From an uncultured bacterium (GTDB taxonomy: Bacteria > Eisenbacteria > RBG-16-71-46 > CAIMUX01 > WJJG01): a DNA stretch of 64,000 bases. Below the pieces are notes generated by a model, which worked only from the letters and a program-made list of their open reading frames with translations, was not told the origin of the DNA and ran no database searches. A program made the position numbers and the translations under genes. This document shows, one piece after another, positions 1 through 9,418 of this stretch; within the stretch, counting starts at the first letter, position 1, and each line of letters opens with the position of its first letter. Where the stretch lies: the NCBI GenBank assembly GCA_964612295.1, contig CAZTDY010000005.1, positions 1 to 64,000 of the forward strand, written 5' to 3'.

Positions 1-79
1 TATGAGACCATCGCCACGCGTTCGGCTTTGCAGAATCACGCAACGCGATTTAGAGTAGCAGCGTTCGGGTAGGCTTGGC

Positions 80-114
80 GGTGGGAGCGAAGACACGCCC
101 CATTCGCTCCCACC
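80..114. terminator. Perfect 12-bp inverted repeat (GGTGGGAGCGAA / TTCGCTCCCACC) with an 11-nt loop, followed by ATTT. Probably a terminator or regulatory hairpin upstream of the first gene.
   Basis: The inverted repeat was read directly from the sequence. The downstream T-tract is short. Confidence 0.4.
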
Positions 115-233
115 ATTTCACCGATGAAGGAATTGAGAATGAGGAGGGAACATGAGATCGGCGTTTGTATTTCTATTCCTCCTGGGCATTGCATTGTCGG
201 CGCACGCCTCGGAGTCAGCCTACTTCTCTATCA

Positions 234-1211
234 ATGTCGAAGGAGAAGTCCCACATCCCAATTATCCCGCGCCAGGATTCATCAGGACGACGCTGGACAG
301 TCTATGCTGGATTGTTGGCACCCTGGAACCTGAGCCAACCGATTCGACCGAGTGGATCGGTGAGTGCGGGGAAGGTCTCGCCGGAGCAACTGCACTATTT
401 CCAGCTTCAGGAGCAGCTCCAGAAGGTCCGTCATGTGCGCGGGCTCGTGGAGGATCGGCTTGAGCGGGCATTCTCTTCGTACCAACGAGAGAAACCTACT
501 CCGGCCACAGATGTGTTCCATTGCCTGGTATGTGCCGGCGGCAGCGAGGGGCAGCGATCCATGGCGGAGCGGACGTTTGCAGCCGAGGACATGGCAACGG
601 ATTTCAAGGACGCTGTTCGCCAGTCCCAACCCATCGGCGACCGCGTGGAGAATGGTCTGCTCAGCTTGGTGGGGGAAGCCTCGCTGCTCCACCTGCTGCG
701 GGATGACTCTGCGCTAGAGTATCGAGATGGCGTGGAGCTGACCATCTGTCCGATCGGCCGCCGGCCCTGGTCGGATGACGATGATGATCCGATGATCCTG
801 GTTCAGCGGTGGCTACGCCGCCTACTCGGCTGTGGGCTGCCCGTGGAGATCTCCAAGAACGACGATCGTGGGCCGATACGGGTGAAAGGACTGGCGGCGC
901 AATCGCTCATTACCGCGATGGGGGGAACCCATCTGCTGCTCTGGGGATCTGCCGGCTTCACGCCGATTCGCATCGAAACCGAGGAAGGGCCCTCGACCGC
1001 ATCAACCCCTCCCAACAATGGCCCCCTAAGCCACCCTGTCAGCTATGTGTTCAACTGGGAGGAGCGGGGTAGAGAACTCCTGAGTCCGGTGGCCGATCTG
1101 CGTACCGGCTCTGTGTTGGTCAATCGGGATCCCTCCTACCTGCAGCGGCGAGTGTTCCTCCTGACTGCACTCGCAGTTCCGCCGGTGTTCCTTTCGGGGG
1201 AGGGGGTATGA
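234..1211 (+). CDS. Hypothetical protein, translationally coupled to the downstream ClpB-like ATPase through an ATGA overlap. The 5' end is uncertain: the alternative frame 152..463 carries a signal peptide and a strong RBS (see findings).
   Basis: Long ORF with high GC at third codon positions from about nt 370 onward. Its stop overlaps the start of the next gene. I recognised no domain. Confidence 0.5.
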   Translation: MSKEKSHIPIIPRQDSSGRRWTVYAGLLAPWNLSQPIRPSGSVSAGKVSPEQLHYFQLQEQLQKVRHVRGLVEDRLERAFSSYQREKPTPATDVFHCLVCAGGSEGQRSMAERTFAAEDMATDFKDAVRQSQPIGDRVENGLLSLVGEASLLHLLRDDSALEYRDGVELTICPIGRRPWSDDDDDPMILVQRWLRRLLGCGLPVEISKNDDRGPIRVKGLAAQSLITAMGGTHLLLWGSAGFTPIRIETEEGPSTASTPPNNGPLSHPVSYVFNWEERGRELLSPVADLRTGSVLVNRDPSYLQRRVFLLTALAVPPVFLSGEGV

Positions 1212-3469
1212 AGACCGTCCGTCTACCGATCCTCCTCCACGAGACGGCCGGGTTCCACACGGCCGTGCTGGTGGAAGACCATGAAGACCTCGCCGCCTAT
1301 GGATCAACGGAGTCCCAGGCTCTGAATCGACTACAGAAGTACTGTACATGGCGTGCGCGAACGGACTGGAAGTGGCTGGATAGCGACCTTGAGGATCCCA
1401 AGTTGGTGACCTTTGCAGTTCGCGTACACACAACATACCGGGAAGGGATTCGACTCTTTCCTGCCAAGGAACCCATCACCCTCCAAGTTCCCTGCGTGTA
1501 TGGAAAACACGCAAACGGTCTCGGATTCTGTTCGTTGCCAACCCTCGGGATCCGATTCTCCTATTTTCCGGAACGAGGGGCGCTGCGACGATTGGTGACC
1601 AGCTATGTCACGGAGAATCTCAAAGGTCTCACGCCACAGGAGGCCGCCCCGTTTCTCGGCCCAGATCGCGCCCGATTGGATACGCTTGTCGTGCGCGGGG
1701 AGTTCCGAGGTCGACCCGCGACTGATGATGATCAGCCCACGCTCACTGCCGTAGCTGAACCGCTGTTGCGTCGTGCCAGGGGAAGACGTCGCGGTGGTGT
1801 CTGGGAACGCGATCCGTTGATCGAGCAAGTGGCGTCACTTCTGCAGCGGGAACGATGCAGCGTCCTTCTTGTGGGCGACGGTGGTGTGGGCAAGACGACC
1901 ATCCTCACGGAAGCTGCCGGCTTGCTCATCTCGCGCCTGAAGAAGGATGGTCACACCGAAACCGAGAGCGGAAGACTGTTTTGGACGACAAATGCCGGGC
2001 GCCTCATTGCCGGTATGCGCTACCTTGGTCAGTGGCAAGAGCGCTGCGAGACGATCATCGAGGAACTCTCGCAACTGGATGGTCTGCTATGCATTGAGAA
2101 CCTCCTGGACTTGGCACGGGCGGGGGGGCGAGAACCGCGCGATAGCATCGCCGCCTTTCTCCACCACTACATCGAGCGAGGTGAATTGCGCTTGATCGCG
2201 GAGGCGACGCCGGCAGAGCTGGAGGCCGTGCGCCGATTGCTACCGGGGTTGAGCGACTCCTTCCACACCGTTCGAATTCCAGCTCTTGAGCCCGACGAGT
2301 CCATGCGGGTGCTTGGACAGATCGCGCTGACCGGTCAGCGCAGCCACCGGATCCAGTGGGATGGCACGCTGCCCCAGGTCATCCAAGCCCTCTTCAGCCG
2401 CTACGCATCCTACGGTGCCTTTCCAGGCAAGAGCAGCGAGTTCATGGTGAAACTCATCAATGAGGTGCGCCGGAAGTCGGTGAAGAGACTGACGGCCGAT
2501 CATGTCTATCGCATGTTCTCTCGCGACACGGGCCTCCCGGAGTCGATTCTCAGGGCGGATCAAACGCTCAATCCTGCGGATGTCCTCGAGAGCTTCCGAG
2601 CGCAGGTGATCGGCCAGGAAGCAGCGTGTCAGGCTGCCGCCGATCTCGTCACCGTCTTCAAGGCGGGGCTCAACGATCCTGGTCGCCCCATTGGGACGTT
2701 CCTCTTCTGTGGGCCCACGGGTGTGGGCAAGACCGAGATGGCCAAAGCTATGGCCCGCTACTTCTTCGGGCAGGGGCAGAAGGGCGAGCGCATGGTGCGC
2801 CTGGATATGAGCGAACTCTCCGGCCCCCTGGCGGGGGAGCGACTGATCGGAAGCCTCAGTGGGGAGCCGAGTGAGTTCATCCGGCAGATGCGGGCTGAGC
2901 CGTTCTCCATCGTGCTCTTCGACGAAATCGAGAAGGCCGCTCCTGAGGCGTTCGACGTCTTGCTCAGTGTTCTTGACGAAGGCCGCCTGGCCGATCCCTA
3001 CGGGCGGGTCACTTCCTTCCGGAGCGCCATCATCATCATGACGTCTAATATCGGGGCTGACACTCATCGCCCGGTCGGGTTCCACGAGGCCGGAACCGAG
3101 TCCTACGGTGGAGAAGTTCAGGCCTTCTTCAGGCCGGAGTTCGTCAACCGCATCGATCACATTGTGACCTTCAGCCCTCTAAGCCGGGCGGCAATTCGAG
3201 CCATCGCCCAAAAGGAGCTTCAGGAGGTTGTGAAGAGGGAAGGCCTGGCCGCCCGAGGCTTGCGCCTGAAGTGGAACGAAGACCTGGTGGATCTTCTGTG
3301 CTCCAAAGGTTATGACGAACGCTACGGGGCTCGTCCGCTGCTTCGGGCGATCGACAGCATTGTGGTGACACCGCTCTCACGGCTGCTGGTTGACGACCCG
3401 GAGTTGTGCGATTGTACGCTGGTCGTGAGCAGAAGATCGGACAGTCTGGCGGCCTTTGATCTCGAATGA
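1208..3469 (+). CDS. ClpA/ClpB-like class-1 AAA+ ATPase with two nucleotide-binding domains. It has no Clp_N domain; a roughly 200-aa N-terminal domain of unknown function is present instead.
   Basis: Walker A motifs 'LLVGDGGVGKTT' and 'FLFCGPTGVGKTEMAKAMA'. ClpB-type C-terminal 'GARPLLRAID' motif. SD GGAGGGGG precedes the ATG. Confidence 0.85.
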   Translation: MKTVRLPILLHETAGFHTAVLVEDHEDLAAYGSTESQALNRLQKYCTWRARTDWKWLDSDLEDPKLVTFAVRVHTTYREGIRLFPAKEPITLQVPCVYGKHANGLGFCSLPTLGIRFSYFPERGALRRLVTSYVTENLKGLTPQEAAPFLGPDRARLDTLVVRGEFRGRPATDDDQPTLTAVAEPLLRRARGRRRGGVWERDPLIEQVASLLQRERCSVLLVGDGGVGKTTILTEAAGLLISRLKKDGHTETESGRLFWTTNAGRLIAGMRYLGQWQERCETIIEELSQLDGLLCIENLLDLARAGGREPRDSIAAFLHHYIERGELRLIAEATPAELEAVRRLLPGLSDSFHTVRIPALEPDESMRVLGQIALTGQRSHRIQWDGTLPQVIQALFSRYASYGAFPGKSSEFMVKLINEVRRKSVKRLTADHVYRMFSRDTGLPESILRADQTLNPADVLESFRAQVIGQEAACQAAADLVTVFKAGLNDPGRPIGTFLFCGPTGVGKTEMAKAMARYFFGQGQKGERMVRLDMSELSGPLAGERLIGSLSGEPSEFIRQMRAEPFSIVLFDEIEKAAPEAFDVLLSVLDEGRLADPYGRVTSFRSAIIIMTSNIGADTHRPVGFHEAGTESYGGEVQAFFRPEFVNRIDHIVTFSPLSRAAIRAIAQKELQEVVKREGLAARGLRLKWNEDLVDLLCSKGYDERYGARPLLRAIDSIVVTPLSRLLVDDPELCDCTLVVSRRSDSLAAFDLE

Positions 3470-3541
3470 GGCTCGGGTGGACGAGTTATCACCCTCAGCA
3501 CGTGGCGCACTCTCGAAAACCTGCGAGGGTTCAGAGCAAGT

Positions 3542-4198
3542 GTGTGGTGGGCCCATGCTATGAATCAACACGAGAAGTTGCATACGCACGGGAATGGCGC
3601 CGATGGACGGAAGGGTAGTCACGTGTCTAAGCCGAATCACAGGGCGGAATCCAGGCTGTTCCTCTGCCTCGACGATTTGCAGACAGCAGTTCGTCAGGGA
3701 GAGCGCTTCAGCTACGTCCTCTTCAGAGGACATCGTTCTCGCCGAGGCAGTGCGATCGGCCCGGAGTGCCTGTCCCAGTGGTATCATGCGGAATTCGTGG
3801 TGGATGATGTACCATACCCTACTGCCGAACACTTCATAATGGCGGAGAAGGCGCGATTGTTCGGAGATGCGGAATCGGAGAGGGCGATCCTCAGCGCCAC
3901 GTCGCCGGCTGCAGCCAAGCGATTGGGGAGGCAGGTGCGGGGTTTCAAGGAAGATCTCTGGCTGCGCCAACGCTTCGGCATCGCGGTGAGAGGTAATCGC
4001 GCGAAGTTTGGTCAGAATGGGGGACCGAAGAGATTTCTTCGCTCGACAGGCTCGAAGATCCTGGCCGAGGCCAGTCCTCACGACCGGATCTGGGGTATCG
4101 GACTTGGGCCGGGTGACCCCGGCGCGAAACACCCCCGCAAGTGGAAAGGTCTCAACCTGCTCGGTTTTGTGCTGATGCAAGTCAGACACGATCTTTGA
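3542..4198 (+). CDS. NADAR-domain protein (YbiA-like; ADP-ribose or riboflavin-intermediate N-glycosidase family).
   Basis: Motifs 'FRGH...WYHAEF...YPTAEHF(I)MAEKARLFGD', 'AKRLGRQVRGF' and 'DRIWGIGLG...NLLGFVLMQVR' are typical of NADAR/DUF1768. Confidence 0.75.
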   Translation: MWWAHAMNQHEKLHTHGNGADGRKGSHVSKPNHRAESRLFLCLDDLQTAVRQGERFSYVLFRGHRSRRGSAIGPECLSQWYHAEFVVDDVPYPTAEHFIMAEKARLFGDAESERAILSATSPAAAKRLGRQVRGFKEDLWLRQRFGIAVRGNRAKFGQNGGPKRFLRSTGSKILAEASPHDRIWGIGLGPGDPGAKHPRKWKGLNLLGFVLMQVRHDL

Positions 4199-4428
4199 GC
4201 ATGGGCCGGAGACCATAGTGACGGGAACATGGCGACGTGGCTCACCGCACTGACGTTCCGAATTTCCTGAAAACCCCGCCCCTTTCATCCCAAGACTACA
4301 ACCATGTGCCCATGCGCCCGTGACGATTTGGAGATCGCGACTTGATCGTGGCACATCACTTGCACAAAAGGGCGCCAGTGACAATTTGGCTCTGCTACCA
4401 GTCCAGCGGCGGCTGCAGGCAGTCCGAA

Positions 4429-4569
4429 ACAGGGGACACCCTGCCGAGGATGGGTTCCGAATGTCGTCCCGTGTCTGGTTTCTAACCTGGGGTGGGGCAC
4501 CATACAGAATGCCGAAAGGCGGCGCGGACAGTAAATCCGTTGGGGGTTCGATTCCCCTCCTCTGTTCCA
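4429..4569 (+). ncRNA. tRNA-like element with a canonical T-arm (GGGGGTTCGATTCCCCT), a 7-bp acceptor-like pairing (ACAGGGG / CCTCTGT) and an encoded CCA. At about 141 nt it is too long for a tRNA and too short for a tmRNA. It may be a degenerate tRNA/tmRNA fragment or a structured ncRNA.
   Basis: GGTTCGATTCC T-loop consensus at 4544-4554 and CCA at 4567-4569. It lies in a 780-bp gap with no credible ORF. The cloverleaf could not be completed by eye. Confidence 0.2.
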
Positions 4570-4979
4570 ACCAAGAGGTCCCTGGGGTGAACGGGGAAGA
4601 GCCTTCACCAGGCCGGGGTCCGATGCTCGGTTGCCGCGATCTGGGGGATCAGTGCCGCAGCTGCGCAAAGCGACCGCCGATCGGCGGCCGCGATGCACAC
4701 TGCGCGGATTGATCGCTGGATTCGCCGCTTCCAGGCGGGAGACCACACCCAAGCGCCTTGCAGCGTGAGGATGCCGGTCATGCGCACCATCTCGATTCGC
4801 GGGAGGGCCTTGAGTCTCCCGGAAAGCGAGAAGAGTCCGCATGACCTCAATCACGCTCCGCGCGACAGGTGAGGCAAGAGGTGACTGGATCTTCCCCGGG
4901 ATCCCGAAGGGTGTGGTGCAGTGGTGATCCAGGAGATGAGCGTGGACGAGGACGATCAACGCCGGAAAGGAGAGATAGG

Positions 4980-6086
4980 ATGTTCTTCCGAAAGAAGTTT
5001 ACGATTCCCAAGGACAGTTGTGGATTTCAGTTCGAAAAGGAGGAGTTCGTAGGGCTGCTGGAATCGGGCGATCACATGATCCGCACCTGGCGGCGCAGCC
5101 CGCGCGTTGAGCTCTCCTCGATGGCTTCCCCGTGGGTGTCGGACGTCGACCTGGAACAGGTTGTTCGCGCCGGAGCCTTCGATGAAAGAGTGCAAGTGCT
5201 GGACTTGAACGACTTCGAGCGCGGACTAGCCTGGGTGGACGGCCGCTTCGACCGTTTCCTGGGCCCCGGGCTGCACGCCGTTTGGACCAATGTGCGCGAT
5301 GTGCGGGTTGAACGCATCGACGCGCGTCTTCTGCGGCTTGCGCGCGATGATCTGGCGCTGCTGCTGAACGCGGCGGGTGCGGATGAGTTCCTTCAGAGCT
5401 TCCCTGTCCCGGAGAACTGGGTGGGGCTGCTGCATGTGAACGGCCAGTTCCGGGAAGTGCTGGACACTGGTCAGCACGTCTTCTGGAAGGGACTCGCCAA
5501 ACTGGAGGTCGAGCAAGTCTCGTTCAAGGAGTTCCAGCTCGACGTGTCCGGGCAGGACATCATGACCCGCGACAAGGTCACCCTGCGGGTGAATGCCGTG
5601 GTGACCGCGCGTGTTGATGATCCTAGGAAGTCCGTTGCAGTCAGTGAGGATGGACGGCAGGCGCTCTACAGAGAGGCTCAGCTCGCTCTGCGCACCGTCG
5701 TGGGCGGCCGGACCCTCGATGAGTTCCTGCAGGACAAGGAGCAGGTCGCGAACGAGTGGCGCCAATCGCTCGAGTCTGCGGCCGAGGCACTCGGGCTCGC
5801 ATTGCGCTCAGTCGGTGTCCGCGATGTCATCCTGCCGGGTGACATGAGGGAATTGCTGAACAAGGTCACCGAGGCGGCCAAGGCGGCCGAGGCCAACTTC
5901 ATCTCCCGGCGGGAGGAAACTGCTGCGATGAGGAGTCAGGCCAACACTGCCCGGCTGTTGGAGAACAACCCAACGCTGATGCGTCTCCGCGAGCTGGAGT
6001 CTCTTGAGCGAATCGCCAAGGAGTCCAACCTGCAGCTCGTCCTGGGCGAACAGGGGTTAGTGGAGCGGATCAGCAAGCTGCTGTAG
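4980..6086 (+). CDS. SPFH / band-7 (stomatin/prohibitin/HflKC-like) domain protein.
   Basis: Band-7 core plus a C-terminal coiled-coil ('...VILPGDMRELLNKVTEAAKAAEANFISRREE...'). SD AAGGAGAG lies 6 nt before the ATG at 4980. Confidence 0.8.
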   Translation: MFFRKKFTIPKDSCGFQFEKEEFVGLLESGDHMIRTWRRSPRVELSSMASPWVSDVDLEQVVRAGAFDERVQVLDLNDFERGLAWVDGRFDRFLGPGLHAVWTNVRDVRVERIDARLLRLARDDLALLLNAAGADEFLQSFPVPENWVGLLHVNGQFREVLDTGQHVFWKGLAKLEVEQVSFKEFQLDVSGQDIMTRDKVTLRVNAVVTARVDDPRKSVAVSEDGRQALYREAQLALRTVVGGRTLDEFLQDKEQVANEWRQSLESAAEALGLALRSVGVRDVILPGDMRELLNKVTEAAKAAEANFISRREETAAMRSQANTARLLENNPTLMRLRELESLERIAKESNLQLVLGEQGLVERISKLL

Positions 6087-6240
6087 ACTGGGCCCGGACC
6101 GAGGGCTGCCTGCGCCGTGATTGGGGCAGGTGGCCCCGGTCTGAGGCCGGCTCCGTTGATGTCACGAGCCACATGGAGTGACCTGCGTGGTCCGCGCGAC
6201 CGCGCTGTGTTGACGGATGGAAACCGCGAGGAGGTGAGGG

Positions 6241-6987
6241 ATGCTCGACCGAGAGCTTACCAGGGCGCCGATGAGAACAAGAACTCTCATCGTAGTGCTC
6301 CTCGCCTTGCTGCCTTTGGGTGGAGTGCTCCGCGCGCAGGATGATCGCCCGCACGCGGCTACCTATACCCACGCGCTCTCGACCGCACGGCAGATGAGGG
6401 ATACATTGCGCAGTCGTCTCGCGCAGGCTGAAACTGATTCCGCGCGAGCAGCGATTGAGGAGGAAGCAGGCAACCAGCTGACGTCAATCGTCTGCGAGAT
6501 TCTGCTGCCGGCATGGATCGATACCCCGTGGAGTTTCGATGGGATGACGGTTCAACCGGGCGAAGGCACCATCGCCTGCGGCTACTTTGTGACGACCCTT
6601 CTGAGGGACGCGGGATGTGCCCTGGATCGTATCAGACTGGCGCAGGTTCCGTCTGAGACGATGATCCGGGAACTGCTGGCACCGGAATCCATCCAGCGGT
6701 TCAGCGACACGCCGATTGATCGGTTCCTGCGATCGGTGCTTGAGTCGGGGCCTGGGCTCTTCATTGTCGGACTGGATTGCCACGTGGGGTTCATCCGGTG
6801 CGATGGCAGCAACGTGCGATTCGTCCATTCATCCTACATGTCGCCCTGGCGTGTTGTGGATGAACCGGCGCGCCAGTCGAGAATCCTGGCCGGGTCTCGG
6901 TATCGCGTTCTCGGGAAGCTGGCCAATGACGAGGTATTCCTGAACTCATGGCTCGTGGCTGAATCCGTACCTGCTGCACCCAGGTAG
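6241..6987 (+). CDS. Secreted hypothetical protein with a signal peptide. Conserved Cys and His residues hint at a possible papain-like/CHAP-like fold.
   Basis: N-terminal 'RTRTLIVVLLALLPLGGVLRAQ' and SD GGAGGTGAGGG. No confident domain match. Confidence 0.55.
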   Translation: MLDRELTRAPMRTRTLIVVLLALLPLGGVLRAQDDRPHAATYTHALSTARQMRDTLRSRLAQAETDSARAAIEEEAGNQLTSIVCEILLPAWIDTPWSFDGMTVQPGEGTIACGYFVTTLLRDAGCALDRIRLAQVPSETMIRELLAPESIQRFSDTPIDRFLRSVLESGPGLFIVGLDCHVGFIRCDGSNVRFVHSSYMSPWRVVDEPARQSRILAGSRYRVLGKLANDEVFLNSWLVAESVPAAPR

Positions 6988-7020
6988 GAGGGATGTCAGT
7001 GACAGCAGGGAGGACTCAAC

Positions 7021-7800
7021 GTGTCAGCTCACGACCGAATCGCAGACGTTCTCGCTTCAATTGAGAACTACGAAGACGTCCGCATCCTCTACGCCTGTGA
7101 GTCCGGGAGTCGTGGTTGGGGCTATCCGTCAAAGGACAGTGACTATGACGTCCGCTTTGTCTATGCCAAGCCTCTGGATTGGTATCTCGCGGTTGAGCTC
7201 GACCGCCAGTCCGATGTCATAGAACGAGGCGTGACCGGTGACCTGGATGTGAGCGGTTGGGATTTGAAGAAGACGCTGTTCTTGCTTGCGAAGTCGAATC
7301 CCCCGCTCCTCGAGTGGCTCAGCTCACCCATCGTCTACCATGATCGGGACGCGTTCGGAGCCCGCCTTCTCGAGTTGGCAAGCCAGACCTTCTCGGCGAA
7401 GGCCTCAGCCTACCACTACGGGCGAATGGCCAAGCAGAACCACGACCGGCTCCGGCGTGACCCCAACTGCTCTGCCAAGTTGCTCCTCTACATTCTCCGG
7501 CCTCTCTTCGCGCTTCGCTGGCTGGCGGAGCGAAGGGCCATCGTGCCCATGTCATTCGACACAATGGTGGAGAGTTGCTCTGATGATGAATCGGTCAAGA
7601 CCGCCATCCGGGACCTTGTTGACAGGAAGCGATCAGGCGACGAAGGGGATCGAGCGAGAGACCATACCCGGATTCTTGAATTCATCGATCAGGAGATTGA
7701 ACGAGTCGACGAGGCAATCACATCCCACGACGGTCAGCCCGCGGGTTTCGAGGCTGTGAACCGGTTCTTCAGGAGCGAGCTGCAGCGCGTGTGGGCCTGA
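7021..7800 (+). CDS. Predicted nucleotidyltransferase of the RlaP / pfam10127-like family, which often accompanies RNA ligases.
   Basis: 'LYACESGSRGWGYPSKDSDYDVRFVY' is a Pol-beta-superfamily NTase signature (GS...D.D). GTG start with SD AGGGAGGA. Confidence 0.65.
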   Translation: MSAHDRIADVLASIENYEDVRILYACESGSRGWGYPSKDSDYDVRFVYAKPLDWYLAVELDRQSDVIERGVTGDLDVSGWDLKKTLFLLAKSNPPLLEWLSSPIVYHDRDAFGARLLELASQTFSAKASAYHYGRMAKQNHDRLRRDPNCSAKLLLYILRPLFALRWLAERRAIVPMSFDTMVESCSDDESVKTAIRDLVDRKRSGDEGDRARDHTRILEFIDQEIERVDEAITSHDGQPAGFEAVNRFFRSELQRVWA

Positions 7801-7832
7801 GATCGCCGAAGCGTGGAAACGTTGGGCGCCAG

Positions 7833-9257
7833 CTACTCGCCATCCTCGGACATATCCCGCCGGTAGGCCTTCACCTCTTCACGAGCCAGATTCAACCCTT
7901 CAACGAGGTCGGAAATCACCCCATCCAATTGGGCCTCGTAGCAGCGGTCTAGGATTGGTCCGAAGTGTGGTCCTGGGGCCAGCCCAAGCTGGATCAGATG
8001 CCGACCCATGACGATGGGGACTGGGCCACACTGTTCGACCTCTAAGTCGCGAGCTTTCTCGATCAGCCATTCTCCCGCAGGGAACGTGTCAACCGTGCGT
8101 GGGGGCCGGCCACGCTGATCGGCCTTGGCGACGCGAACCAGCCGATCGATCCGCCCAACCCGCCTCGCCAGGCGCCGGATGGCAGGTGCCTGCGACTTGC
8201 TGTCGTACAGCTCGACCGGGCTCAGGTGATTCCTGACGAGGGGCACCACCTGTTCAGCAAGGTCGCTTTGTCTCGTCAGCCGGGCCAAGAAGCTGCGCGT
8301 GGGCTCCTCCCCGCGCCCCTCGTGCCCATGAGATCGATACCGACCGTTGGCGAACTCGGTCGTAGCAGGCTTGCCGAAGTCGTGGCACAGCACCGCGAAG
8401 CCGACCACCAAGTCCTCCCAGGCTTCGCCAACCCGCTCTTCGGCATAAGCGTTCAGACAGTGCAGGGTGTGATTCCAGACGTCGCCTTCGGGGTGCCAGC
8501 CTGGATCCTGTGGGCAGTCGATCAGTGCGGCCAGCTCCGGGAAGTAGTGTACCCAGCCGGTATCACGCAGGAAAGCAAGCCCCCTGGAGATGCGCACGCC
8601 CTTGAGGATGAGCTTGCGCCACTCTTCGAGAAGCCGCTCCGAAGGCAGCCCTTCAGGCTCGATTCCGCGGCACAGCTCAATGGTCTCCGCGGCGGCCTCC
8701 AAGTCGAAGCGCGCAGCAAACTGCATTCCCCGCAGAACACGTAACGGATCCTCGGCGAATTGATGGGACACGTGGCGCAGGATTCCCAATTCCAGATCGC
8801 GGCGTCCGTGATAGTGATCGATCACCTCGAAGGTGAGTGGATCAAATGCGATCGTGTTTATCGTGAAATCGCGCCGCGTAGCTGCCTCCGCCACGGTCAT
8901 GTTGGGGTCCGAGAGGATCTGGAATCCGCGGTGGCCCCGCCCGGCTTTCGATTCTCTGCGGGGAATGGAAACGTCGATCTCGAGTCCTGACAGCTTCACG
9001 ACGCCGAAGGACCTACCGACGAGATCCAACTTGAATTGCTGCTCCAATCCTGCGAGCAGGTCCTCCGCCGGGACGCCATAGGCCTCGATGTCGATATCGC
9101 GCGCTGCGTGGTTGAGGAGGGCGTCGCGAACGGAGCCGCCCACGATAAGGGCGCGGCCTCCGAGATCACGCGTCAATCGGCACACGGAGTCGACTGCCGC
9201 CTCGAGCGGCGGATCATCGAGTTTCAGTCTGAAGGGTGACGTATGTGTCATGGTCAC
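7833..9257 (-). CDS. cca: CCA-adding enzyme: tRNA nucleotidyltransferase with a C-terminal HD domain.
   Basis: 'LIVGGSVRDALL...DIDI' polymerase-beta head, 'RRDFTINTIAFD', and an HD motif 'LCHDFGK'. GTG start with SD AGGAG. Confidence 0.8.
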   Translation of the reverse strand: MTMTHTSPFRLKLDDPPLEAAVDSVCRLTRDLGGRALIVGGSVRDALLNHAARDIDIEAYGVPAEDLLAGLEQQFKLDLVGRSFGVVKLSGLEIDVSIPRRESKAGRGHRGFQILSDPNMTVAEAATRRDFTINTIAFDPLTFEVIDHYHGRRDLELGILRHVSHQFAEDPLRVLRGMQFAARFDLEAAAETIELCRGIEPEGLPSERLLEEWRKLILKGVRISRGLAFLRDTGWVHYFPELAALIDCPQDPGWHPEGDVWNHTLHCLNAYAEERVGEAWEDLVVGFAVLCHDFGKPATTEFANGRYRSHGHEGRGEEPTRSFLARLTRQSDLAEQVVPLVRNHLSPVELYDSKSQAPAIRRLARRVGRIDRLVRVAKADQRGRPPRTVDTFPAGEWLIEKARDLEVEQCGPVPIVMGRHLIQLGLAPGPHFGPILDRCYEAQLDGVISDLVEGLNLAREEVKAYRRDMSEDGE

Positions 9258-9418
9258 GATGGCTCCTGCAGCATACGATCTGCATAGCCTAGCATTGCTG
9301 TCGGTTCTTGGTCCAACTCCGAAGCCGATTCTGACGAAAATGATGCGCGCCGGAGGGCAATACCGAAGGGTATGATTGCCACGCAGCCGATTGAGCGTTG
9401 GATGCAGAGGATGGTGTG

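Noticed and set aside
4200-4570. Full-length tmRNA (ssrA) ending at the CCA at 4569.
   Set aside because: I could find neither a 5' GGGG acceptor partner at about 350 nt upstream nor a plausible tag-peptide reading frame with an Ala-rich ending. Only the 3' tRNA-like part is convincing.
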